Shown piece by piece: positions 1 to 23,312 of a stretch of DNA of 64,000 nucleotides. The translations under genes and the position numbers were made by a program. The notes under the pieces were generated by a model, which worked only from the letters and a program-made list of their open reading frames with translations, searched no databases and was not told the origin of the DNA. Numbering within the stretch: position 1 is the first letter of the stretch; every line of letters begins with the position of its first letter. This stretch comes from the human T2T-CHM13v2.0 reference genome, Homo sapiens, in NCBI RefSeq assembly GCF_009914755.1, contig NC_060926.1; one strand, 5' to 3'.

Positions 1-833
1 AATCCCTTCTCCCCTTCCCCCTCACAAACACACCCTGTCGGTGGGGGGCCTGTGGTGAACTAAACCTCTCCTTTTCCAATCTCTTTTTCAACTAGCTGTG
101 GTTATATGACAAAATGTGGCCAATGAGGCCTTAGTCAACATAACTAGGTGGTGATTCTGAGAAAGCTTGTTAAAATAGGGTTGACTCAGTTAGCACATGT
201 CGTTTTGTCTTCTTCCTTTCTTCCTGCATCACGCAATGATGCCAAATCTGGAACCGTAATAGCTGCTTTGTGATCTACTAGGCAGAAAAGGACAAGAAGA
301 TTGGAAAGGTGTGGCTCTAAACTCCTGTTAACTGCAGGAGAAAATAGTCCAATATATTTTAGCTATTATTATGTGCAGCTGAACTCAATTCCTCATCATT
401 AAAAAAGGAAGTATAGGATATGAATAAACTTTCAATATTTAAGAGACATGAGGCTATTAGTTTTGGCCATAAAACCTCAATAGCATCAATTTAGCATCTG
501 CCAAATAATACTATCATATTAAATTAATACTGTTAACTGAACTATTTTTATTTTGCCTTATTTGTATTTAATTTTGAAAATTTTTCATATTTTGAAAATA
601 TTTCCTAAAAGCTATAAGTATATGAAATTTTTTAACCTAGTTTTGGTGTGTACATATTTAACATAATACAAAAATTTTAAGTAAACAATGAGGCTTTTGG
701 AAAATATTTTTCCTTTGAAATGACTTCAGTGATTAATCACATACGAGGACTGCTCTAGAGTTATTCATTCATCTTGATTTGAGGCAATAATTTAATATTT
801 CAATGTAAACTTTATTGCATATACACGTGTTAG

Positions 834-1438
<605 letters not shown>

Positions 1439-1521
1439 AGTCCATTCTTTTTCAATGTAACCTTATTGCATAATACACATGTATTAGGCCATTCTTCCAC
1501 TGCTATAAACAAATGCCTGAG

Positions 1522-2547
1522 GGGGTGCAGCCAAGATGGCCAAATAGGAACCGCTCCAATCTACAGCTCCCAGTGTGGGCGACGCAGAAGACGGGTGATT
1601 TCTGCATTTCCAACTGAGGTACAAGGCTCATCTCACTGGGGAGTGTCGGAAAGTGGGTGCAGGACAGTAGGTGCAGTGCACCCAGCAGGAGCCGAAGCTG
1701 GGTGAGGCATTGCCTCACACGGGAACCGCAAGGAGTCAGGGAATTCCCTTTTCTAGTCAAACAAAGGGGTGACAGATGGCACCTGGAACATCAGGTCCCT
1801 CCCACCCTAATACTGTGCTTTTCTAACGGTCTTAGCAAATGGCACACCAGGAGATTATATCCCGCACCTGGCTCGGAGGGTCCTCCGCCCACAGAGCCTC
1901 GCTCATTGCTAGCACAGCAGTCTGAGATCCAACTGGAAGGCGGCAGCAAGGCTGGGGGAGAGGCGCCCGCCATTGCGGAGGCTTGAGTAGGTAAACAAAC
2001 CAGCCTGGAAGCTCCAACTGTGTGGAGCCCACTGCAGCTCAAGGAGGCCTGCCTGCCTTTGTAGACTCCACCTCGGGGGCAGGGCATTGCCAAACAAAAG
2101 GCAGCAGAATCCTCTGCAGACTTAAATGTTCTTGTCTGACAGCTTTGAAGAGAGCAGTGGTTATCCCAGCACGCAGCTGGAGATCTGAGAACAGATAGAC
2201 TGCCTCCTCAAGTGGGTCCCTGACCACCGAGTAGCCTAACTGGGAGGCACCCCCGAGTAGGGGCAGACTGACACCTCACACGGCCGGGTACTCCTCTGAG
2301 ACAAAACTTCCAGAGGAAGGATCTGGCAGCAACATTTGCTGTTCACCAATATCCGCTGTTCTGCAGCCTCCGCTGCTGATGCCCAGGCAAACAGGGCCTG
2401 GAGTGGACCTCCAGCAAACTCCAACAGACCTGCAGCTGAGGGTCCTGACTGTTAGAAGGAAAACTAACAAACAGAAAGGACATCCACAGCAAAATCCCAT
2501 CGGTACGTCACCATCATCAAAGACCAAAGGTAGATAAAACCACAAAG
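1522..2547 (+). promoter_or_regulatory. L1 5'UTR internal sense/antisense promoter with YY1 site and ~129-bp ZNF93-target segment (~2292-2420)
   Basis: caagatggcc YY1 motif at 1532; CpG-rich; segment between actcc repeats (2290 and 2418) that L1HS/L1PA2 lack. Confidence 0.8.
1791..1973 (-). pseudogene. L1 antisense ORF0, 60 aa, ends at a premature stop
   Basis: MAGASPPALLPPSSWISDCCASNERGSVGGGPSEPGAGY...RVGGT* matches recalled ORF0 (71 aa in L1HS). Confidence 0.8.
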
Positions 2548-3431
2548 ATGGGGAAAAAACAGAGCAGAAAAACTGGAAACTCTAACAATCAGAGCGCCTC
2601 TCCTCCTCCAAAGGAACACAGCTCCTCACCAGCAACGGAACAAAGCTGGATGCAGAACGACTTTGACGAGGTGAGAGAAGAAGGCTTCAGATGATCAAAC
2701 TACTCTGAGGTAAAGGAGGAAGTTCAAACCCATGGCAAATAAGTCAAAAACCTTGAAAAAAATTAGACGCATGGCTAACTAGAATAACCAATGCAGAGAA
2801 GTCCTTAAAGGACCTGATGGTGCTGAAAACCAAGGCACGAGAACTATGTGACAAATGTACAAGTCTCAGTAGCCAATTCTATCAACTGGAAGAAAGGGTA
2901 TCAGTGATGGAAGATCAAATGAATGAAATGAAGCGAGAAGAGAAGTTTAGAGAAAAAAGAATAAAAAGAAACGAACAAAGCCTCCAAGAAATATGGGACT
3001 ATGTGAAAAGACCAAATCTACATCTGATTGGTGTACCTCAAAGTGACAGGGAGAATGGAACCAAGTTGGAAAACACTCTGCAGGATATTATCCAGGAGAA
3101 CTTCCCCAAACTAGCAAGTCAGGCCAACATTCAAATTCAGGAAATACAGAGAATGCTACAAAGATACTCCTCGAGAAGAGCAACTCCAAGACACACAATT
3201 CTCAGATTCACCAAAGTTGAAATGAAGGAAAAAATGTTAAGAGCAGCCAGAGACAAAGGTGGGGGTTACCCACAAAGGGAAGCCCATTAGACTAACGGCG
3301 GATCTCTCGGCAGAAACTCTACAAGCCAGAAGAGAGTGGGGGCCAATATTCAACATTCTTAAAGAAAAGAATTTTCAACCCAGAATTTCATATCCAGCCA
3401 AACTACGCTGCAAAATCATGCCAAAATGTAA
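2548..3431 (+). pseudogene. L1 ORF1p, disrupted (stops, frameshift, ~130-bp deletion)
   Basis: atggggaaaaaacag start; ORF pieces with RIKRNEQSLQEIWDYVKRPNL and ARREWGPIFNILKEKNFQPRISYPAKL. Confidence 0.95.
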
Positions 3432-3494
3432 AGACCATCGAGGCTAGGAAGAAACTGCATCAACTAATGAGCAAAATAACCAGCTAACATTATA

Positions 3495-7323
<3,829 letters not shown>

Positions 7324-7910
7324 ACAATGAGAACACATGGAGACAGGAAGGGGAACATCACACACTGGGGCCTGTTGTGGGGTCGGGGGATGGGGGAGGG
7401 ATAGCATTTGGAGATATATCTAATGTTAAATGACAAATTAGTGGGTGCAGCACGCCAACATGGCACATGTATACATATGTAACTAACCTGCACGTTGGCA
7501 GATGTACCCTAGAACTTAGAGTATAAAAAAAAAAGAAAAAGAAATGCCTGAGGCTCAGTAATTTATAAAGAAAAGCAGTTTAGTTGGCTCATGGTTCTGC
7601 AGGCAGTACAATAAGTATGTTGTTGGCATCTGCTTCTGGTGAGGGCCACAGGAAACTTACAATCATAGTGGGAGGTGAAGGAGGAGCAGACACATCATAT
7701 GGCAAATGTAGGAGCAAGAGAGTGAGTGGGGAGGTGTCACACACTTTCAAACAACCAGGTCTCACAAGAACTCACTATTGTGAGGAAAGCACCAAGCTAT
7801 TCATGAATGATCCACCCTCATGATCCAAACATCTCCCACCAGGCCTTAACTCCAACATTGGGGATTACATTTCAACATGAAATTTGGAGAAGATATCCAA
7901 ACAATATCAC

Positions 7911-10478
7911 TGCATAAACAGAATTAAAAACAAAAAACACATGATCATCTTCATAGATGCTGAGAAAGCATTTGATAAAATCCAACATCGCTTTATGATA
8001 AAAAAAAACTCTCAACAAATTAGGCATCAGGGATATACCTCAAAATAATAAGAGCCATCTATGACAAACCCACAGCCAACATCATACTGAATGGGGAAAA
8101 GCTGAAAGTGTTCCACCGAAGAACTGGAACGAGACTAAGATGTCTACTTTCACCACTCCCATTCAACACAGAACTGGAAGTCCCAGCCAGAGGAAGAGAA
8201 AGAAATAGAAAGCATCCGAAAAAGAGGAACTCGAATTATCTTTTTGCACTGATGACATGATTTTACACCTTGAAAACCCTAAAGATCCTTCCAAAAGACT
8301 CCTAGACCTGATAAACAAGTTCAGTAATGTTTCAGGATACAAAATCAGCATACAAAAATCAGTAGCATTTCTATACACCAATAATGTTCAAGCTGAAAAC
8401 CAAATAAAGACTTCAGTCCCATTTACAATAGCCACACACACAAAATAAAATACCTAGGAATACATTTAACTAAGGTAGTGAAAGGAAAGATCTCTATAAG
8501 GAGAACTTTGTATGAAACACTGATGAAAGAAATCATAGATGACACAAACAAATGGAAAAACATCTCATGCTCATGGACACAAAGAATCAATATCATTAAA
8601 ATGGCCACAGTGCCTAAAGCAAAGTACAGATTCAATGCTATTCCTATCAAACTACCAATGGCATTCTTCACAGGACTAGAGAAAAGTATTTTAAAATTCA
8701 TATGAAACAAAAAAGAGCCCCAATAGCCAAGGTAATTCTAAGCAAAAAGAACAAAGCTGGAGGCATCACACTACCCAACTTCAAACTATACAACAGGGCT
8801 ACAGTAACCAAAACAGCATGATATTGGTACAAAAAGAGACACATAGACCAATGGAACAGGATAGAGAGCCCTGAAATAAGGCCACACAACTACAAGCACC
8901 TAATCTTTGACAAAGCTGACAAAAACAAGCAATGGGGAAAGGACTCTATATTCAATAAATGGTACTGGGATAACTGTCTAGCCATATGCAGAAGAATGAA
9001 ACTGGAACTCTACATATCACCATATATAAAAATTAACTCAAGATGGTTTAAATACTTAAATGTAAGACCTCAAACTACAAAATTCCTAGAAGAAAATCTA
9101 GGAAAATCTCTTCTGGACACTGGACTAGGCAAAGAATTTATGATTAAGACCTCAAGAGTAAATGCAACAGAACAAAAAATAGGTATATGGGACTTGCACA
9201 GCAAAAGAAACAATCAACAGAGTAAACAGATGACCTACAGAATGGGAGAAAATATTTGCAAACTATGCAACTGAAAAAGGACTAATATCTAGACTCTATA
9301 AGGAACTGGAACGAATCAACAAGGAGAAAACAACCCCATTGAAAAGTGGGCAAAGGGCATGAACAGACACTTCTCAAAAGACATACAAGTTGCCAAAAAA
9401 CATGAAAAAATGCTCAACATCACTATCATTTGACGAATGCAAACTAAAACCACAATAAGATACCATCTCACACCAGTCAGAATGGCTATCATAAAGAAGT
9501 CAAAAAATAGGCCAGGTGTGGTGGCTCATGCCTGTAATCCCAGCATTTTGGGAGGCCAATGTGGGCAGACTGCTTGAGTCTAAGAGTTCAAGACCAGCCT
9601 AGGTAACATGGTGAAACCCCAACTCTATTAAAATTACAAAAAATTATCTGGGCGTGATGGTGCACACCTGTAGTCACAGCTACTTGGGGGCTGAGGTGGG
9701 AAGACTGCTTGAGCCCCAGAGGTTGAGACTGTGGTAAGCCCTATCATGCCACTGCACACCAACCTGGGTGACAGAGTGAGACCCTGTCTCAAAAAAAAGA
9801 AAACATATATAACAGATATTGGCAAGAATATGAAGAAAAGAGAACACTTATACACTGCTGAGGGGGGAGGTGAGTGTAAATTAGTTCAACCCCGATGGAA
9901 AGCAGTAAGGAGTTTTCTCATAGAACTAAAAATAGAATTACCACTCAAATCAGAAACCCTACTACTGGGTATTTATCCATAGCAAAAGAAATTGTTTTAT
10001 CAAGAAGACACCTGCACTCATATATTTATCACAGCACTATCTACAATAGCAAAGTCATGGAATCAACCTAAGTGTCCATCAACAGTGGACTGAATAAAGA
10101 AAATTTAGTATATATACACCATGGAATATTACCACAAAAAAGAACAAAACGATGTCCTTTGCAACAACATGCCTGCAACTGGAGATCATTATCCTAATAG
10201 TTACTGAAATTAAAATAACTCAGAAGCAGAAAATCAAATACCTCATGTTCTCACTTATAAGTGGGAGCTGATCAATGGGTACACATAAAAATGAACAATG
10301 GCCACTGGGGACTCCAAAAGGGGGTAGAGGCAAAGGCGGGCAAGGGTTGAAAAACTATTGAGTATGTTCACTATTTGGGTGATGGGTTCACCAGAAGCCC
10401 AAACCCTCCCATTACGCAATATACCTATGTACCAAACCCATACATGTACCCCTCTGAATCTATAATTTTTTAAAAAAG
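7911..10478 (+). mobile_element. 5'-truncated older L1 (L1PB-like)
   Basis: Degraded ORF2 peptides ([19 protein letters not shown]) and an L1PB-type 3'UTR; interrupted by an Alu. Confidence 0.9.
9510..9804 (+). mobile_element. Alu (AluJ-like) in L1
   Basis: ggccaggtgtggtggctcatg...A tail; AluJ-type gctgaggtgggaagactgcttgagccc. Confidence 0.9.
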
Positions 10479-12318
10479 AAGTGACTGCACCCTTCTTCTG
10501 CCTCTGAATAAACTTATACCATAACATCAGTAACATTTGGTACACTTATTTGTTTATACGGTTATCTCTTACTTAAACTAAGGGCTTAGCACTGTGCTTG
10601 ATGCTCAAAGGTATGTTTTGTGAATGACTAAATAAATAATAATGTGTATTTGATGGCTACAAAAATTGAAAAAAATTTTTGATATATACTTGCTGTAACC
10701 TCTACATGTCCACAATATAGAGACTATAACAGAAATGCTCAGGTTTTTTAGCATATAATTCAATAAATCAAAACAACTAGATTAAATATGGGCTAGACAT
10801 GGGCTGCTTCACCTACAGCTGATTAGTAGACAAAATGGTGTCACGTTATATTCTGAGAGGCACTCAGTTTGTAACAAAACTATTTCACTTATTCCTCCAT
10901 CTATCAACATTGAGTTATCAAGTATATCCACATTTTTATTAATGAAGTGATTTTAATATTGTAAGTCATTTTTACTACTTATAAAATAATTATAAACTAG
11001 ATCAAGTAGACCTGGCTTACTTTTTGTTGCTTTTTTATATAAAATATATTTTCGTTTTTAACTACAAAATATTCTAATGAATATTATTATCTAATTAAGC
11101 CCTAAAAATTTTCTACTAGTTCCTGCAGGCATAATCAAGTTTTTTGATCTGCAGTTTTATGAATAAGAATAAATAATTGTGTAAAAGCTAATGTGTGAAA
11201 TAATGGCTCAGTGGGAATTATTATACATCCTGAAAATAATAAATTCTCTCAAAACAGCTGAGGTATACCTTTTTTAAACCATCTAGTAAGATGCAGAGAC
11301 TATTTCCTGTTTTGTTCTTCATTAGTGAAAGTTATAGGGCAATTTTCTGCTAATGGAATCAGACTAATGAAGCATATTTTCAAGATATTATCAAGCATTA
11401 GACACTAGTTTAATTTTTTTAAAGCTTATGAACAGAAAAGGCAGTTCTTCTTAAAAATTCATTAGGTTTTTGGAATACACAAGGATTTATTTGTATTACT
11501 CTGGATCTATTATGTACCTTGAAATTATTACAAGCTTTCATGTCTTTCCTGTATATTACTGATGTTTCATAATAGGTAAAAAGAACTAAAACAAAACAAA
11601 ACACTGAATGTTATTTTAACTAGTTTTTCAAAGTTATAACATATGTTGCAAATATAGGCTGCTTCACATAAAGCTTTTCTCCTCTTTCTTCCCTATTAAG
11701 ACACTTTAGGACACTTCGGATATATCCTTCCACGTGCTTCTGAACATTGCTGAGTAAGGATATGATGTCTAGAGCTGCTAAGGATGACAAAGTAGAAAGA
11801 TGACATGAATAGACTAGTGAATCAACCAATCCTAGATCTATCCCTCTCTTACGTGTTATGTGGTCTCTTTAGTGATTAAGCCATTTTGAGTTGTATTTCT
11901 GTTATTGTACAACATCCTAATTCAAAGTATTTACAAAACCAGGTTTTAAGGCCAATCACATTTCCTTCAGTTTATAATGGCTACATTTGAAGCTACCATC
12001 CTCTGTAACTTCCTTATATCTGTTGTGAGTATTTATTTACTGACAACAGCAACAAAGGTTTTAAGATACTTTTCCATTTACAAAGTACTATCTCTCCTCA
12101 TTTGATCACAGCTTGGTTTAATTGGCTTAGTGATTTTCACAAAAACACATGAGACTAGGAAACTGAGTACAGAGATCTAGGGTATTTATAATTATATGCT
12201 AGTTAACAAGAGTCTACTTTAAGCTTTTACAGAAATGCAACAGACTAATTTGATACGCAACCAAGATAAACTCAGCCCTCTATTTCCACAGGTTTTGTAT
12301 CTGTGGATTAAACCAACC

Positions 12319-16690
<4,372 letters not shown>

Positions 16691-17400
16691 TAGTAAAAAC
16701 AATACAAATAAAAAATACAGTATAACAATTATTTACATAGCATTTACATTGTATTAAGCATTATAAGTAATCTAGAGATAATTTAAAGTATATGGGAAGA
16801 CATATGTAGGTTATGTGCAAATACTATGCCATTTTACATGAAGGACATGAGCATCTGTGGGTTTTCGTATCCACTGGAGTACTAGAACCAATCTCCTGCA
16901 TATACCAAGGGATGACTATACTATTGTTTTGTAGTTTTTATTTTAAACAAACTTCTGGCCCAAGAATAAGAATCACAGACTCAAATGTTTAATGCATTTA
17001 GAGGTTTTTTTTTAAAATCTAGGGCTTAATTAGCTTTAGTTTCAAATATCAACATGCATTGTATGTCATAATAGCCTCAGAATATACAGGAAAAAAGTCC
17101 AAAAGGAGCTATTAAGTTTGGATCTGGAGCATATGCTAAGAGCCAAATGTACACATTTAGGACTTATATATGGGTGGTACTTAAAACTATGAGAATGGAT
17201 GATAGCCTCAGGAATTTAGGTGAAACAAGAACTGAAAATGACGAAAGACTCAACACTGAAGACGGTGGGCAGAGGAGGAGGTACTAGGAAAAGAGGCAGA
17301 GATGAGAGCTTAAAGAAGAATCAGAAAAGCTGAGGGGCCCAGAGGAGCTTTTCTAGGAAGCAGTGGTTCCTCCTGAGACACTACAAAGAGGCTGAGATAG

Positions 17401-17791
<391 letters not shown>

Positions 17792-17929
17792 TTTTTTTTT
17801 CTTATTTTCAACCAAAGTTTTCCTTTTCTTAGTTTTCATGATGTTACAATACTATTTTGTGTACATTTTGGATTTTACATAAGATTAGGAAAGGTATAAA
17901 TCAATCGTAGGTTATATGTGACATACACA

Positions 17930-17985
17930 CGTGTGTGTGTGTGTTTATGTGTGTGTGTGTGTGTACAGAGAAAGAGAGAGAGAAA
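17930..17985. repeat. (TG)n followed by (GA)n microsatellite
   Basis: gtgtgtgtgt...agagagagag. Confidence 0.9.
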
Positions 17986-18538
17986 GATAACCTAAATAAC
18001 AGGAAGACTCTGAGAGAAAATCATGTTTATTTGGAAATAGGCACTGAAATGGGAATATGCATGCCATAGTAAACTGTATGCATCTGTAGGGAGGTAACAG
18101 AAAACAAGGGTTTTTAAGGGTAAAATAAGGATTGCACCCATATACAAGTTCTAAACGAGAAATTGTTTTGAGATAACTATCCTTGGCCACGGGAATCAGT
18201 AACAAGGATGGCACCAGTCTAAAGATAGTTGCTGGGCACATGTCCTCACAAAGGTTTTTTTTTTTTTTCCTTAAATAAAAAAAATTATACTGCTCCTTGC
18301 AGAGCAGGGCTACCCCATAGGCAGTGTACCCAGAATACCCAGAAGTATTATTTTATATAAGGTTGGATGGCCTTTGTGCAAAGTTGTGGTTTTTGCAGTC
18401 TTTGGTGGTAGTTGTTGTTATCAGGCATTTGTGTCTAAGAATCCTCCCTTAACAGCCTTCCCTGGCTCTGTTTGTTAGGTTTTGTCTTTGATAGGGTTTT
18501 TAACACAATAGAATTTGTTTTGATTTTGGAAACTTTAA
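17986..18538 (-). mobile_element. ERV1 MER4-group solo LTR (MER31-like)
   Basis: tttatttggaaataggcactgaaatgggaatatgcatgccatagtaaact and gcctttgtgcaaagttgtggtttttgcagtc resemble the recalled consensus. Confidence 0.55.
18255..18339 (-). other. ~51-nt double-hairpin insert with A-rich tail (candidate retroposed small RNA)
   Basis: Minus strand GGTATTCTGGGTACACTGCCTATGGGGTAGCCCTGCTCTGCAAGGAGCAGT plus tail, interrupting the host LTR. Confidence 0.6.
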
Positions 18539-18552
18539 CTCGCTCTCTCGCC

Positions 18553-18643
18553 ATATACATATATATGTACCTTTAACTCTCCATATATATGTACCTTTTG
18601 TGTACATTTTAGATTTTACGTAAGATACATATATATATCTTAG

Positions 18644-18680
<37 letters not shown>
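18553..18680. repeat. (TA)n-rich low-complexity tract
   Basis: Pure (TA)n at 18646-18679 with degenerate upstream copies. Confidence 0.9.
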
Positions 18681-18681
<1 letters not shown>

Positions 18682-20699
18682 CTTATAGAGGATATTTCTA
18701 GAAGGCTACACAACAAATTAGTAACTTTCTGCCTCCAGAGTTGCCAGTATCTGGGGCACTCCTGAGGAATAGGGATTAGAGAGAGACTTTCCACTTTTGT
18801 ATCTCTTTAATGGTATACATGTGGATTTATCATCAATTCAAAAAATTAATAAAATTAAAACTGATAAATAAAGGCCATTTTATCATGTTGCACTTGTTTT
18901 ACAGTTTAAGGAAAAATATTTTTAGACATCACCGTGGCTGAAAAATATGTTGTGACTTGGTCCACTGAACCCAGGATCTTTGTAACTTAGTCTATGGTGA
19001 GGTAGTAGGGGAGTTTATTAAATTAATGTTAATTAAGCTAGTGTTGGTCAAATATACCATATAAAAGAATAGGTTGTGATTCATTCCTAACTAAGGACAG
19101 ACTACATATGAATGTCCAAATGGGGCTAATTGTCTTTGAGCTAATATCCTACTTCTGAGGCTGAAGTGTGCATGGTAATTGATAAAGTAGATCTGTTTTC
19201 ATGTCCTGAATCCTGTACTTAGGATTCCAAAGAGAGTAAGAGTGCTCTTCTTATATCTGTGCACCTCATTAAATTCTCGGAATAATCAAAATATTCTTTT
19301 GGAGAGTTTTCTTGTTTTCTTTATATCAATATAATTTATTCAAAAGAGATATAAGTACTATAGAAAAAGATGTTTTTATGTAAAGAAATTAAAGGAAAAT
19401 TTTAGGCTAGATACATATTGTTCAGTTCTATGGGTCTTCAGTAATTTAGCTGGTGTTTAAAATGATTCTCAGGAAAATATAATGCTGTTTACTTTTCTAT
19501 TTTCTATCTGTATCAGAATTTGGATTAAAAATAGTAAACACCGAGTATGTGCATCCAAAGATATGGCTGCTGGAAACACTGGAGTCTATATGTATTGATA
19601 TTGTAAGTGGATGATTAATGTAAGGAGCCTCAAGGTTCTGGAAACCACTCTGAAATGAAAAGCTGCTTTTTGAAGTCTGCAGTCAAGCTGGATAAATTAC
19701 AATTGAAGCAATTAACAATGAATTTGAAACAAAGAATATAATTTACTTCTTGTAACTATGGAAAACTGAACTGCTTGTAAAATTCTGATAGAATTGTGTA
19801 GCTGTTGGCACACCAAACCAGATTTGGCAAATACAATGGATTGTCTTTAATGAAGGAAGTTTTCTTTTTAGCTGCAGGTTAAAAACCCTATAACTCAGAT
19901 CCTATTTGACATTTTCCAATGAAGAAAAAAAGCAATTTTTATTTCCATGGATAACTGTAATTATGGAGAGGCCTCCTTTTACAAAGTAGACTTCATTTGT
20001 AGTCAAATATGGTATGAAATTTCTATAAAGTAAAAAGTATTATTAGCCATATTTTCCCCCTTTTATAGTAGCACTTTAAAGCTTCCATTAGTCATCTTTC
20101 TTAATTTCTTTCTCACTGTTGACTCCTTCCTCCCTCTTCCAGATTTCCAACATATTCCACAGCTCCTGCCCTATTTTTAAACTTTTCTTTGCTACCAAAA
20201 TTCCTCTCTGACTACTCTATATCTGTTGCTTCCATTTTTCACTATCTACAATCTCCTTAACCATTTTTTAATGATGTTTACAAGTGACCTGATCATTAGT
20301 TAGTACGGTGGCCTTTTAGCCCTCTTCTTTTGCAACATCTTTGTGGTATTTTATATTGTCAACCCATTTACTCTGTGGTTAATGTCTTTCCCTTTGGCTT
20401 CTTGTTCTCCTCCTTCTTGAATACTTTTATTTCTTTTTTTTTTCCTTTTTTTTTTTTTTTGCTTTCTAAAAGAATGTTTCCCAAGGTTCTGGCCATGCAA
20501 AATTTCCTTCATCTCTCTACAATTTACACATGAGAACCCTATTTATTTCTACATTTATCATTATCTTCATGCATAGCTTCTTATTTTTATTCATTGTCTT
20601 GGATTGATTTCTAAATTCCTGAATCACATTTTTATCTGCCTGCAAGGTGTCACATTCGTAGAGTCAATAAAACACTTACTGGGTTGTCTATTCTATTCT

Positions 20700-21030
20700 A
20701 TCTTTTTTTAATTCTCTTGACCCCAGTTTTCCTGACAGCTACGTTTTTCTGCTCCCCTTATAAGATAAATTCCTGAGACAGTAATCTATACTCACTGTTT
20801 CTCCTTTCCTCTCATCTCTCTTGAACCCACTCAAGTGAGGCTTTATCCCCTACTACTCCATCACAGTTACTCGTCAAAGCCATGAATGATATATCTTGCC
20901 AAATCAAATGGTCATTTCTCAGTCCTCATTTTATTAGACTTCTCAGCATCATTTGCTACAGTTGTTCATTGTCTGCTGGTTGAAAATATTTTTACTTGGC
21001 TTCTAGAATGCCATATTCTTCTGGTATCTT
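20700..21030 (+). mobile_element. L2 fragment
   Basis: ttgccaaatcaaatggtcatttctcagtcctcattttattagacttctcagcatcatttg. Confidence 0.7.
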
Positions 21031-21410
21031 TCTTTAAAAAAGGCGGGGGGCAGGGGGGCGGCGGGGGCATAAACCCACAGGACAGAAGGAGAAAAAAGCA
21101 AGTAAATTCCAGAAGGTGGAAAGGAGATGAACACTTGAAAAGCGCCTTAACAGAAAAGAATGGGGAATTCTACTTCAATAGGGGACAGACCAGAAAAGCA
21201 ACCTGATTGTCACTGATGAACCCCCAAAGAGCCCAGAAAATGACAGAAAAAGGTATTACTGCAGGAGGAGAGGGTGTGAAGATGTGAAGAAAATAGAATG
21301 ACTGGTTAAAAGTTTATAAAATCATTAGATTTACAGGTCTCCTACTTGATACAAAGTTTTCTCACATTCTATTAGAAGTCTGACTTTCTTCTCTAGAGAG
21401 GCTGAAACAG

Positions 21411-22192
<782 letters not shown>

Positions 22193-23005
22193 CAGAGGAT
22201 TTATAGAGTTGGAACAGTCACAGTGGAGGGTAGGGGGATATGAACTGAAAATAGGAGAAACAGGTGAGGTTTTACAAAATTTGAGGAAAACTTTCAGGCT
22301 TCTTTCCTAATTTAAAGAAAACCAACAGCTAGTTTTATATTTTTCAGGTAAAGGTCTGAAAGTATCTTCTCTAGACAATCAGACCAGCCCACAATAAATG
22401 ATCTGAATATGCTACCATCAAGAGTTCCTCCAAGAGATCAACTCAGCCAAATAATCTACAGCAAAGACTGCAGTCAACAACCCCACAACCTCATTTAGTC
22501 AGGGTGCTTCTGACTGCCTTTTTGCTGTCCTGATCTTAAACTGAAGCCGACAGAGATGGATCACTAGACATTTAAGAACAGCTAATAACATGAAAGACAG
22601 AATGCAAAACTCTGTTTAAAAAAGCAAGTCGGAGAAAACACTGATGATTTAAAAAGAAAAGAAATTAAGAAAAGTTGTCATTAGTACCTTCAGAGAAGTC
22701 TCACTCATGAGGCAAGAAGAGAATACTAGTAAAATAAAATATTCAAAGAACAAAAGAGAGCTGTTTGAATTAAATATAATAGCATTAATATAAAAGTTCA
22801 ATAGAAGTACTAGAAAATAGATTTGAGGAAAATTTTCACAAAACAGAGCAAAAAGATGAGCTCAAAAAGAGGATAAAGAGATAAGAACATTAAAGGACCA
22901 ATTCCAAGACATCTAATATCTGAACAATGTAGAAAGAAAGAAAACAAAATAAAAAAGAATAAACATAATATTAATGGTAATAATTCTTTTAAAACCCCCA
23001 AACTA

Positions 23006-23312
23006 GGCTGGGCGCAGTGGCTCACGTCTGTAATCCCAGCACTCTGGGATGCCGAGGTGGGCAGACCACTTGAGGTCAGGCATTCAATACCAGACTGGCC
23101 GATATGGTGAAACCCTATCTCTACTAAAAATACAAAAATTAGCCGAGCATGGTGGAAGGCACCTGTAATCCCAGCTCCTGGGGAGGCTGAGGCAAGTGTA
23201 TCACTTGAAACTGGGATGCAGAGGTTGCAATGAGCCAGTATTGTGCCACTGCACTCCAGCCTGGGTGACAGTGCAAGACTCTATCTCAAAATAAATGAAT
23301 AAATACATAAAA
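23006..23312 (+). mobile_element. Alu (AluS)
   Basis: Full dimer; TSD aaaacccccaaa / aaaatccccaaa. Confidence 0.95.

Noticed and set aside
80-390. Possible ancient ERVL LTR (LTR16/LTR33-like)
   Set aside because: The resemblance is too degraded to assign boundaries or family without an HMM search.
11620-11829. 69-aa minus-strand ORF in non-Alu, non-L1 sequence
   Set aside because: No recognisable domain or clear exon structure; it may overlap a decayed LTR.
21041-21067. G-rich tract with G-quadruplex potential
   Set aside because: Short, at the edge of an old repeat, with no supporting promoter context.
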